From: an uncultured archaeon
Lineage (GTDB): Archaea; Nanobdellota; Nanobdellia; Pacearchaeales; GW2011-AR1
Assembly: GCA_902385655.1 (NCBI GenBank)
Contig: CABMGO010000005.1
Location: 99,584 to 163,583, forward strand
Length of the DNA stretch: 64,000 nucleotides
Direction of reading: 5' to 3'
The notes beneath the pieces are model-generated. The model had not been told where the DNA came from. It saw only the letters and a program-made list of their open reading frames with translations, and ran no database searches. A program made the position numbers and the translations under genes. This document shows positions 27,041 through 36,273 of this stretch, piece by piece. Positions within the stretch are counted from its first letter, which is position 1; the number at the start of each line of letters is the position of its first letter.

Positions 27041-30000
27041 TTTGTAGCCACCTGCAAATATTTGCCTTCATATTTATCTTGGTTATTAACCAAATGCAAG
27101 GTGGTTTTCTCATTTTCTATTTCAGCGAGTCTCTCAGTGTACATCTCAAACTCAATGTCATACTCTGCCTTAGAAATTAATTTCTTTTTGAAATAATTTT
27201 CCTGCAATCTCACTATTTCAGATTCAACTTGCTTCGCTTCCAATTCTAAGTCCTTAGAAACTTGTTGAGCACTTAAAAGTTTTATCCGATTATTCCTTAA
27301 ATTAACTCTAGACTTCTTAATATTTGCAATTCTCTTCTGATATCTGTTCATCTCATCATGATAATCATGTGCAGACTTTCTTCCAGAAAGATACAATTTC
27401 TGAGAATGCTTTCTCAATTCTCCAATAGTCTTCTCTTCCTTATTTAGATCCTCTATTTTTTGAGAAATAGAATTTTTCTTATAAGCTCTAAAGCCTACAA
27501 TAGACACAAAACTCAACAAAATCAAAGCAACTAAAACGTATTGCCAGTACAGATAAAAGAACAACCCAACATTACCCTTTCTCTCTAAGACAAGAAGTAC
27601 TTGCGCCTGTCTCGCTCTCTCGAGTGCAAGTTCATAGTCTCCCCTCTCAAATGCTGCAGAAGCCAGATCAATAATCTCTTGAACATCTTGACTTGCAAAA
27701 ACTGCCTTACCTGTCACGTAATCAAAACTAGAAACACTTTGATTGTTGATATTAACTTCCCGAGCAACATTTCCGACAATTAAATTTGTCTTTGCAGGAT
27801 CATTCAAAGCAGTGACCAACCTGGCTATTAAATCATTCACAGTAAACGCCATCTTGCTAATGTCTATGACTTGTGAAGATAAATCGAAAGACTCCTTATT
27901 TCTTCTTATATCCAATTTAGATTTTGCTTGGTCAAACAAACTCTGAACATTAACCACATTAAATAAGTGCTCAGTCATATTCTTAAGTGCCTTCTCAGCA
28001 TCAAATAACTTATTACTAGCAACCTCATAACTTACTTCTTGAATGATTAATTTAATATATTGTGTTTCAGTATAATCACCGACAGTTTGATTATAAACAA
28101 TCTGTCCTCTAATATGTGCAGTAACATTATATTCTTCGTAAGCTTCCTTGTATGAAGGAACCTTCAAGGTAACAGTAAAAGATCCATTGGAGTTTGGACC
28201 AAGATATTTAATAATTGAAGGATAAAAGTCCATGTATTGAGACAAATATCCTGTTAAGTTAAGAGACAGATTTTGAAGGCTTGCCCCAGAACGATTATTT
28301 TGAACAACAAGATCGAGCTTGCCCCCCTCACCTCGAACAACATCAATTATTTTCGAATAAACTATTTCAGCTCCCCCGCCACCGCCGGCCTGGCTACTAA
28401 TTGTTCCGCCACCGCCGGCCTGAACAACAGTTTGAGTAATAGTTAGTGGATTTGTAATTCTTATATTCCTTAAATCAGAGGCGCTATCAGCATTAGATGA
28501 ATTAGCAAGAGCAGAAACATTAACAATTGAACCCGATATTGAAGAAGAAACATTTATCTTAATTGAATTTGTTCCAGAAACACCTACCGGAACAGTACCT
28601 AGATATCTAGACAGTATTCCAGAAGTTAAATCAAAACCTGAAGGCAAACTCCAGCTAAGATAAACGTCGTGAGCGTCAGCAGTTCCAAGATTAGTAACTG
28701 AAACAACAAAGTCTAGATCTCCTTGCCCTCGAGTAACTGAAGATGAGTATGTGTCAATAGAAACCGATAAATAAGGACCAGAAGCAGTTTGAACATTTAA
28801 GTTTCTTTCAATCACAACAGTTCCAGCTTCAGATCTAACAGTTATGTTATAAGGATAAAGAGCAGAAGTTAAACCAGTTAAGTTAACATACAGGGGAAGA
28901 TACAAAACATCTCCAGAAGATGCAGAATAATTTTCAGTTTGATTTAAAGTGTTATTCAAATTAAATCTGCCAACAATATCAGCACTCGCACTAATTGAAA
29001 CATTATAATTCAAAGAAGTATCCGAAGTTGTATTTAAAATAATGTAACCTAACTCATTGGAAGAACTTCTTTCGGTATAAGTAAAAGATTTCACAACAGT
29101 TATATTTGTACTGATAGCCTGAGAAACATCAGGATAGACACCAAGAGTATAGTTCGAAGAAATATTAGTATTGCCTTGCGCATCACTAGCATTAACATAA
29201 AATGTCCAGTTACCTTCGGCAAAAACAATGGAAGTATTATAATTCGTTAAGCTATTATTTGTCATCAGAGAAGTTGACCAAGAAGAATCTGAAATATTTT
29301 TATAATAAACTATTGCGCTACCCATCAAGTAATTATCACTAACTGTTGCATTTATTGTAACATCTACCCCCGGATCAAGTTCGTCACTAGTATTTGGAGA
29401 ATAAATTATTTCGCTAACTGATGGAGCCCGGTCATCCAAAACTGTCACAGTTCGACTTACACTATCATTAACTCTTCCAGCCAAATCAAACAAATAAACT
29501 TGAATAGAATAGACTCCAGGAGTATAATTTCCTTGAGTAAACAAGTAATTAATTGAATCAGCTGTTCCGCTCAAATCAATCTGAGAACCATTTACAAAAC
29601 TTCCGGAGAAATTATTACTTAATATTGCATAATCTAATCCAACAGCATCGGAAAAAGAGGCATTACATGTCAAATTTTTAGAATCATTAACTGTATTGTC
29701 ACAATTAAAAGAGTTTACAGAAGGGTTATTCAAATCCACACTCACAACCACAGTTCTATTTCCTTGATTTTTATTTGAAGAAGTATCATTCGCATAAAAA
29801 ATAATATTGTGTACTCCTTCAGCTAAACTAATAGTTGCATTCCAATTTCTCAAACTAGTATTACCCAAGTTAAATATACCAGAACCATTATTATATCCAG
29901 CCCAAGAAAGATCTTCGTTAGTACTTATATTCAATAATACGGAACCATCTAAGTCATATGAATTATTTAATGGAGATAAAACAGTAATAACTGGTGCAAC

Positions 30001-33000
30001 CAAATCGTTTACAGTCGTATCTACAACAATACTAACATTTGCAATTCCTAAATTGCCAGAACTATCAATTGCATAAAATATAACAGTATAACTTCCATCA
30101 GCAAGAGTCGAAGTTTTACTCCAGCTTACACCACTTCCAGTTAAAGAAACATTTGTTGTGCCTCCATCTAAACTATAATTTACTGAAACTACTTCCTCGT
30201 TTGTCGTTAGACTAAATAAGATAGAACTAGTCGAATAATTCTGAGCAATGGGAGAATTAATTGTTAAGACTGGAGCAGTCACATCATTTACATCGAAGGT
30301 AGTCGAAGTTGAATCCGTATTTCCTGCAGCATCAGTTGCATAAAATCTACAAGTGTAATCACTTCCTTTTTGAACATTTATAATAGTATAATTAGCATAA
30401 CCTGTAGAACTTAAATCGATTGTATGATTCATAAAAACCATCGGAGTAGTAGCGTCTTCACTAATTTTAACACTTGATAATGCGAAACTATCATTAATAT
30501 AGGCTGTACAATTCGCATTCTGAGTTTCATTTACAGATGTAGCCGAAACAGAACTGAATCTTGGAGCAAGAGTGTCCGCATAAAAAATAATTGAAGAACT
30601 ACCAATATTCCCAGAACTATCATTAGCATAAACCACTAAACTATTTGTAGATTCTTGAGCCAAGTCCGGAAGAGTTGCATTCCAGTTCAAAAGAGTAGTA
30701 TTGGTCAAAGAAATATTTGCACTTCCATTAAGAGAATATTTAACCCAGCTAACATTTTCATTAACACTTACATTTAATGCAACCCCGCTCAAAGATTTAT
30801 AAGAAGCATTTGCAATAGAATTTATCGTAACAACAGGAGAAATAAGATCTCCAGCACCAGTATTTATACTGAATACTACCGCACTAGAAACTCCTAAATT
30901 TCCAGAAGAATCATTTCCATAAAAGACAATAGAATATGCTTGGCCACTTACACCAGTAAAAGTTGCATTCCAATTCGTAGGTGAAGTATTTCCCATAGAA
31001 TAATTGAATCCAGTAGAATTGAGATGATACCAACCAGCAGACAAATTCTCATTTGAAATAAAACTGAATAATATATCTACCTGATTATAAACTCCACCAT
31101 TAGTTGGACTTGTTACAGTAATAGAAGGAGCAGTCACATCACTTACACTAAATGATGCAGAAGTAAAATTAGTATTCCCAGCTACATCAGCTGCGTAAAA
31201 TCTACAGACATAATTTCCAGCGTTAGCCAATTTACTTCCAACAATTACATAACTAGCTAATCCAGAATTTCCAGAAAATGAAATTGTGTGATTTTCAAAA
31301 CTACCTAAAGAATTTTCAGAAATAATTACTGAATTTATATTATAAGTGTCATTCCAGTAAATAGAACAATTTACAGGCAAAGACTGATTTGTCGAAGGTG
31401 CAGAAACAGAAGAATACCTTGGAGCCAAAGAATCAGCATAAAAAACAATTGTCCTGTTACCTTGATTTGCAGAACTGTCATTGCCGTACACAGTAATAGT
31501 ATAATTTGTTTCTTGACTCAGAGAAGTTAAATTAACATACCAAACTCTTGCAGTAGCACTCGTCAAATTCAATAAACTTCCACCGTTCAATCTATATCCT
31601 GCCCAAACCAAATCTTCGTCAGAACTAACATTAACATATGTTCCAGAAGGATTAGTATAGCTAGCATTAGATGGAGAAACAAAAGTCAAAGAAGGAGCAG
31701 TGATGTCTACTGGAGTTTGAATAGTAAAATATCTCAAAACACTAGATCCAAAGTTTCCAAAACTATCATTCGCATAAAAAGTTATGTTATGCAAACCATA
31801 AGCTAAGTTATTCAGACTTGCAATAAAAGAAGTTGATGAAAGATTAGTCATCGAAACATTTGCCGTGCCGTCTAAAGAATATCTTGCTGAAGCAGAAGCC
31901 TCTGAAGTTGCAATTTCAGCACTAATATTTACAGAAGAAAAACTAGTATTAGTCGGAGAAATAATTGTTATAGTTGGACCTGTTGAATCAGTTGTATAAC
32001 TTCCAGTCAAAGGATTTGCAGTAGCAGATTCATTCAAAGCATCTAAAATGTATGCATACCAATTATGTGTTGCAGAATCACTTTCAGAAGCAAACCCACA
32101 ACTAAGATTCGCAATAGCAGTTGCAAAGCAGTAAGTTCCATAGGTACATCCCGAGTTCGATATTCCAGATTGATTACAAACATACAACTTAATCGTCTGC
32201 CCAGAATCTGAATCAGAAGAAACTGTTGAAATGCTAACTGTCGTCCCGCCCAAAATTGTAGCAGCATTATCCGTTGCAGAACTAAAAACCGGAAGTTGAT
32301 TTATTTTTATTGTTTTACTAACTAGTGTTTGATTGTTACCTGAATAATCCGAAGAAAAATATCTCAAGTAATTTGTGCCTCTAACTAAAAAATTTATCTG
32401 ACCAAGATTATCTATCGCACCAGAAGGAGTACAAGTATTTGTTGAATCAGTACAATAATATGTTTTAGGATCAGAGTCAACATTATCTGCCTCGCTAATA
32501 GTTACTGCATACCCAGGTAATTGAACACTAGAAACCGAATTATCCGAAGTTGTTGGCGCAGTATAATCTAAAGTAAAATCTACATTCAAATTATCAGAAG
32601 CAGTCTGCTCATTTCCGTAAGAATCTTTACAAGAAACGTATCTCGTTGTTGCACCCTGAGAAACCACATCACTAACATTACAAGCAGCATATATTCCAGA
32701 AATGCTGCATTGATGACCTGAAGACATAGAAGAATAAGAACTATCTGAACTACTCCATCTGCAACTCATTCCAGATTGACCTGAGATATTTATCAGAGTA
32801 AATAAATCATTAACATTATCATAGTAGGGCGCAATAGTTCTCCCAGCAACACTTACAACAGAAGTAGACATTGAACTTCCGAGAACTGTGTAAGTATAAT
32901 TTACTTTATTAGAGTAAGAAACTCCATCGTACATCCTACAATAAATAGTATAATTTCCTGCGACTTTATTAGGAGTATAAGTACAATAAGGAGAGTAAGG

Positions 33001-34083
33001 ACTTAATAAATTAGAAACATTTCCTGAAGAACACATAGAGTTGTCTACTGGAAAAAGTGGAAAACTATCTGAACAATAAAATTGAAGAGTATCAAGATTA
33101 CTATCATTAACACTGTTGGCAGTAATATTCAAACTAGTAGAAATTCCGGAAGGATTTGGAGAAACAGTAATATTAGAAATAGTTGGAGGTAGATTAACAA
33201 AAAAAGTTAACGAGCTAGATGCATTATTTCCATAACTATCGTTTGCATAAACATACCATGTGTGGCTTCCAACAGAATCTGTCAAACCCGAAGTGATGTT
33301 TACCTGAACTCCAGAAGTGCAACTAAAACTTATATTTGTCCCATTACCATTATACCAACAAGACGCCAAATTATTATCACTAACAGTTACATTAAGACTT
33401 GTAACATTCGAAGTATAAGTAGTGTTCAGGGGATAAACAACATTTATTGAGGGAGGAATAGCATCAGGAGTATAAGTAACATTAAAATAAAGATCATCTA
33501 CGCTAAGTGTCTTCGCACCACCGGTTGTTGAAGCAACCTGTAAATATGCAATCGCTCTTGATCCCGAAGCCGTAAAAAAACTATCACAAGACCAATTTTC
33601 AATAGAAGTTACATCAGTACAAATTTCTCCAGGATTTGCAGTTGTTCCCGGACAAACACTAGAAGCAGTTTGATAAGAACCACCGGCATGTGCATCAACA
33701 CTGACACTACAAGTACCAATAGAAGAAGAGCTAGACCACCATTCATAACAAACTTTTACATTAGTAATCCCTCCGCAATTAGAAACACTAGAGTTATAAT
33801 TAGAAGTTCGAATACCCATAAACTGATTATTCCCATTGACAGAAGCACTCTGAATAACTGCATTATTAGTATCAATACTTGTTGTAGAACTACAAACTCC
33901 ACCGAACCCTTCACTAATCCCACTATTATTTTCTACAGCACAAGCCTGCGAAACCAAAACACTATTGGGAGAAGTTGCTCCAGGAAAAGCAAAAGCAGCT
34001 AATACACCAGCCAAACTCAAGAGAACAATAAATAAGAAAAAAACAGAAGAAATTCTTAAATTAGCTAATTTTCCAATAATCAT
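27037..34083 (-). CDS. Giant (2348 aa) cell-surface protein: N-terminal signal/TM, >20 Ig-like ~90-aa repeats extremely rich in N-x-S/T sequons, Gly runs, C-terminal TM anchor (FFYLYW...) and ~220-aa cytoplasmic coiled-coil tail
   Basis: SD GGGAGGAG 9 nt upstream; repeated motif AP..T..SP.N.SY...NE...Y.L.G...N.T...W...FYANDSSGN; hydrophobic helix near aa 2095-2120. Confidence 0.85.
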   Translation of the reverse strand: MIIGKLANLRISSVFFLFIVLLSLAGVLAAFAFPGATSPNSVLVSQACAVENNSGISEGFGGVCSSTTSIDTNNAVIQSASVNGNNQFMGIRTSNYNSSVSNCGGITNVKVCYEWWSSSSSIGTCSVSVDAHAGGSYQTASSVCPGTTANPGEICTDVTSIENWSCDSFFTASGSRAIAYLQVASTTGGAKTLSVDDLYFNVTYTPDAIPPSINVVYPLNTTYTSNVTSLNVTVSDNNLASCWYNGNGTNISFSCTSGVQVNITSGLTDSVGSHTWYVYANDSYGNNASSSLTFFVNLPPTISNITVSPNPSGISTSLNITANSVNDSNLDTLQFYCSDSFPLFPVDNSMCSSGNVSNLLSPYSPYCTYTPNKVAGNYTIYCRMYDGVSYSNKVNYTYTVLGSSMSTSVVSVAGRTIAPYYDNVNDLFTLINISGQSGMSCRWSSSDSSYSSMSSGHQCSISGIYAACNVSDVVSQGATTRYVSCKDSYGNEQTASDNLNVDFTLDYTAPTTSDNSVSSVQLPGYAVTISEADNVDSDPKTYYCTDSTNTCTPSGAIDNLGQINFLVRGTNYLRYFSSDYSGNNQTLVSKTIKINQLPVFSSATDNAATILGGTTVSISTVSSDSDSGQTIKLYVCNQSGISNSGCTYGTYCFATAIANLSCGFASESDSATHNWYAYILDALNESATANPLTGSYTTDSTGPTITIISPTNTSFSSVNISAEIATSEASASARYSLDGTANVSMTNLSSTSFIASLNNLAYGLHNITFYANDSFGNFGSSVLRYFTIQTPVDITAPSLTFVSPSNASYTNPSGTYVNVSSDEDLVWAGYRLNGGSLLNLTSATARVWYVNLTSLSQETNYTITVYGNDSSANQGNRTIVFYADSLAPRYSSVSAPSTNQSLPVNCSIYWNDTYNINSVIISENSLGSFENHTISFSGNSGLASYVIVGSKLANAGNYVCRFYAADVAGNTNFTSASFSVSDVTAPSITVTSPTNGGVYNQVDILFSFISNENLSAGWYHLNSTGFNYSMGNTSPTNWNATFTGVSGQAYSIVFYGNDSSGNLGVSSAVVFSINTGAGDLISPVVTINSIANASYKSLSGVALNVSVNENVSWVKYSLNGSANISLTNTTLLNWNATLPDLAQESTNSLVVYANDSSGNIGSSSIIFYADTLAPRFSSVSATSVNETQNANCTAYINDSFALSSVKISEDATTPMVFMNHTIDLSSTGYANYTIINVQKGSDYTCRFYATDAAGNTDSTSTTFDVNDVTAPVLTINSPIAQNYSTSSILFSLTTNEEVVSVNYSLDGGTTNVSLTGSGVSWSKTSTLADGSYTVIFYAIDSSGNLGIANVSIVVDTTVNDLVAPVITVLSPLNNSYDLDGSVLLNISTNEDLSWAGYNNGSGIFNLGNTSLRNWNATISLAEGVHNIIFYANDTSSNKNQGNRTVVVSVDLNNPSVNSFNCDNTVNDSKNLTCNASFSDAVGLDYAILSNNFSGSFVNGSQIDLSGTADSINYLFTQGNYTPGVYSIQVYLFDLAGRVNDSVSRTVTVLDDRAPSVSEIIYSPNTSDELDPGVDVTINATVSDNYLMGSAIVYYKNISDSSWSTSLMTNNSLTNYNTSIVFAEGNWTFYVNASDAQGNTNISSNYTLGVYPDVSQAISTNITVVKSFTYTERSSSNELGYIILNTTSDTSLNYNVSISASADIVGRFNLNNTLNQTENYSASSGDVLYLPLYVNLTGLTSALYPYNITVRSEAGTVVIERNLNVQTASGPYLSVSIDTYSSSVTRGQGDLDFVVSVTNLGTADAHDVYLSWSLPSGFDLTSGILSRYLGTVPVGVSGTNSIKINVSSSISGSIVNVSALANSSNADSASDLRNIRITNPLTITQTVVQAGGGGTISSQAGGGGGAEIVYSKIIDVVRGEGGKLDLVVQNNRSGASLQNLSLNLTGYLSQYMDFYPSIIKYLGPNSNGSFTVTLKVPSYKEAYEEYNVTAHIRGQIVYNQTVGDYTETQYIKLIIQEVSYEVASNKLFDAEKALKNMTEHLFNVVNVQSLFDQAKSKLDIRRNKESFDLSSQVIDISKMAFTVNDLIARLVTALNDPAKTNLIVGNVAREVNINNQSVSSFDYVTGKAVFASQDVQEIIDLASAAFERGDYELALERARQAQVLLVLERKGNVGLFFYLYWQYVLVALILLSFVSIVGFRAYKKNSISQKIEDLNKEEKTIGELRKHSQKLYLSGRKSAHDYHDEMNRYQKRIANIKKSRVNLRNNRIKLLSAQQVSKDLELEAKQVESEIVRLQENYFKKKLISKAEYDIEFEMYTERLAEIENEKTTLHLVNNQDKYEGKYLQVATK

Positions 34084-34254
34084 TTTCTTAACTCCTCCCT
34101 CAAAGTCTTTTCAACAAAATCAGAAATCTCAAAACCTTCGTTGATACAATGGATTTTTACTTTTTTCCACAAGTCTTCATCAATCTTTAAACTAGTAGTC
34201 TTTCTCACCATTTTACCAAACTCTCCGAGTATTAAAATTTAGTTTGAGAGTTGG

Positions 34255-34450
34255 TAAGGCTGAACAAAAACGCTTCGAACAAAATTGACTCTGTTCATTA
34301 TATTTTTTGTGAAATGCATTTTTGTGAATTAAAAATGCGGAGCATTGACTGCCGCTAACGGTGAACAAAACGCTTTGAGTAAAACAAATTTCTTTTTCAT
34401 TGGTACGAAATGCATTTTGTGAGTTCTTTTTCGATCGAGCCAACAGCTCG
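34255..34450. repeat. Imperfect ~65-bp direct repeat (GAACAAAA(A)CGCTTYGA...TGTGAAATGCATTTT...) in the upstream region of the giant gene
   Basis: Two copies aligned by eye. Confidence 0.45.
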
Positions 34451-34596
34451 AAATCATTCGAAAAACGCCCTAGACAATTTTCAGTAGTTTTCATCATCCT
34501 CTTTTTATAATTATATACTGTAAAACAACTATTTAAAGCTTTCTTTACAGTATTATAGTATTATGAAATATTTTAATACCATAAATCTAAGAATAA

Positions 34597-35805
34597 TTAA
34601 CCCGTATCGCTAAACACTTCCTGTTCAGGATAAACAACAATTCCTTCAGCAGTTATTTGGGCGGCAACTATTTTCTTTTGATGAGAAACCCCTCGAAGTT
34701 TTAATAACTCGATGGCATTTTCTCTAACATTTCCGTGCTTCAATGCATACAAAACAATTACCCCATCAGCCAAGAACTCCTCTACACCTGTTTGTGAAAA
34801 TATTTTAGGAACTTGTTCTGTTTCAGTAACTAAAAATGAAGTAGCACCAGTTTTTTCCAAGAATCTAAATAATTGTTCAATATAAATACGATAACTATCT
34901 TCTTTCCCAGTAAATGCAGAAGCTATCGCAGTCAAAGAATCAATGACTACAAAATCAGGATGCGCAAAATCCTCAGGCATAATTACTGGATCAACATCAA
35001 TCAATAACTCTCCTTTCTGTTGTGCAAGTAACGCATCAACATTTCTCGTAATATCGAATGGATTCATTCTCTGCAATCTTAATTTTCCTTTTTTAATTAA
35101 TTCCCTAGGATTCCAACCAAAACCTTCCATATGCTCAATCAACCTTTCCTCATTCTCTTCAAAGCTCATATAGAAACATTTTTTTCCTTCTCTTGCCTTG
35201 TTAATTAAAGTCTGTAAACAAAAAATAGTTTTACCACTTCCAGCACCACCAGCAACTAGTACAGAAGAACCAGAGGGAATTCCTTGTTCAAGTAAATCAT
35301 CAAAACCTTTAATTCCAGTTTTCACATAATCTTTCCCTAGCTTTCCAGTTTTTTCCTTAGAACCCTCAAGAACATGAACTAACGGTGCTCTTTTTTCAAA
35401 AATTTCAGCCTCAGATTTTTTTATTTTTCCGCCGCGTAATTTTTCTTCAACTTCTTGTTTAACTTTAGTAGCATCAAATTCTTTTTGTTTAGAAACTTCA
35501 ACTTTCTTATCAGATTTTTTCTTAATATGCTTTTCCTCTAACGAAACTATCTTTGCTTTATCCCCTTGCTCGACAACTTCCTCTTCACCCGCTTTCCAAC
35601 TGTGAAGTTTGGCCATATTAACTTTTCTAACACCAACATGATTTGCTCCAATTAGTCCGTGAAGTCTAGCAAGAACAGTATGTCTCGCTAAACCAGTCAT
35701 TTTCATAATATCGACGATAGAAAGTCCTTCAGGATGACTTTTAAGTAAATCAGAAATCGTAGTCTTCACCTTATCTTTTTCAACTATTACCATAACCTCT
35801 CCCAT
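34597..35805 (-). CDS. Winged-HTH + KaiC/RecA-superfamily ATPase
   Basis: Walker A GGAGSGKT, Walker B FVVIDS, KaiC-like core; N-terminal HTH; start set at MGEV with TATA TTTATAAATAAA 16-27 nt upstream (leaderless). Confidence 0.7.
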   Translation of the reverse strand: MGEVMVIVEKDKVKTTISDLLKSHPEGLSIVDIMKMTGLARHTVLARLHGLIGANHVGVRKVNMAKLHSWKAGEEEVVEQGDKAKIVSLEEKHIKKKSDKKVEVSKQKEFDATKVKQEVEEKLRGGKIKKSEAEIFEKRAPLVHVLEGSKEKTGKLGKDYVKTGIKGFDDLLEQGIPSGSSVLVAGGAGSGKTIFCLQTLINKAREGKKCFYMSFEENEERLIEHMEGFGWNPRELIKKGKLRLQRMNPFDITRNVDALLAQQKGELLIDVDPVIMPEDFAHPDFVVIDSLTAIASAFTGKEDSYRIYIEQLFRFLEKTGATSFLVTETEQVPKIFSQTGVEEFLADGVIVLYALKHGNVRENAIELLKLRGVSHQKKIVAAQITAEGIVVYPEQEVFSDTG

Positions 35806-35820
35806 CAATTTTAAAACACA

Positions 35821-35832
35821 TTTATTTATAAA
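35821..35832 (-). promoter_or_regulatory. TATA box of the leaderless wHTH-KaiC-like gene
   Basis: TTTATAAATAAA ~20 nt upstream of the ATG. Confidence 0.45.
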
Positions 35833-35894
35833 TGTTGCGATATATGACAGTTGTATATGCCTAATAAATAAAACATATGAATTTGACAAGTATA

Positions 35895-36065
35895 TATAAT
35901 AGATATATGTGACATATTAAAAAGATACAAATTTCATTATTTTTACGTGTAAAAAGATATGTGTGACAGATATATATGATATACATATATAATAGATTAA
36001 AAGAACTAGAAGAGGCATATCATATACGAATATGATAGATATATATGATAGATTAAAAGAATGAA
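35895..36065. repeat. AT-rich low-complexity direct repeats (GATATATGTGACA x2; ATAGATTAAAAGAA x2)
   Basis: Visible direct repeats. Confidence 0.45.
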
Positions 36066-36084
36066 AAGTTCATTGATAAATTAA

Positions 36085-36258
36085 AAGGATAATTTTAAAA
36101 GATGATGATGCTGAAGAAATTTTTCAGCTTTCCAAAAGAGTTGGGAAACATAAAACAATTCGAGGGCGGGTTTCGAAGCGTAGCTTCGATAAAGTGGGAG
36201 ATTAGAGAGCTGAAAAGTTTCGACCAAAACAGAGCCATACATGCTCGCGTAAAAAAAT
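36085..36258. repeat. Structured element family S, copy 2
   Basis: Same conserved flanks as copy 1, with different but self-complementary stems (TTTCAGCT/AGCTGAAA; TTCGAAGC-GTA-GCTTCGA). Confidence 0.5.
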
Positions 36259-36273
36259 AAACTCACCTAAGAA

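Noticed and set aside
27601-33450. Multiple 60-110-aa ORFs on the + strand inside the giant gene (27601, 27743, 29807, 32043, 33262, 33670)
   Set aside because: They are antisense to a clearly coding 7-kb gene with strong periodic repeat structure, and they are Ser/Thr/Asn-codon mirror artefacts.
34213-34497. 94-aa ORF upstream of the giant gene
   Set aside because: It lies within a repeat-containing leader region, has no ribosome-binding site and has unremarkable composition. It is likely spurious.
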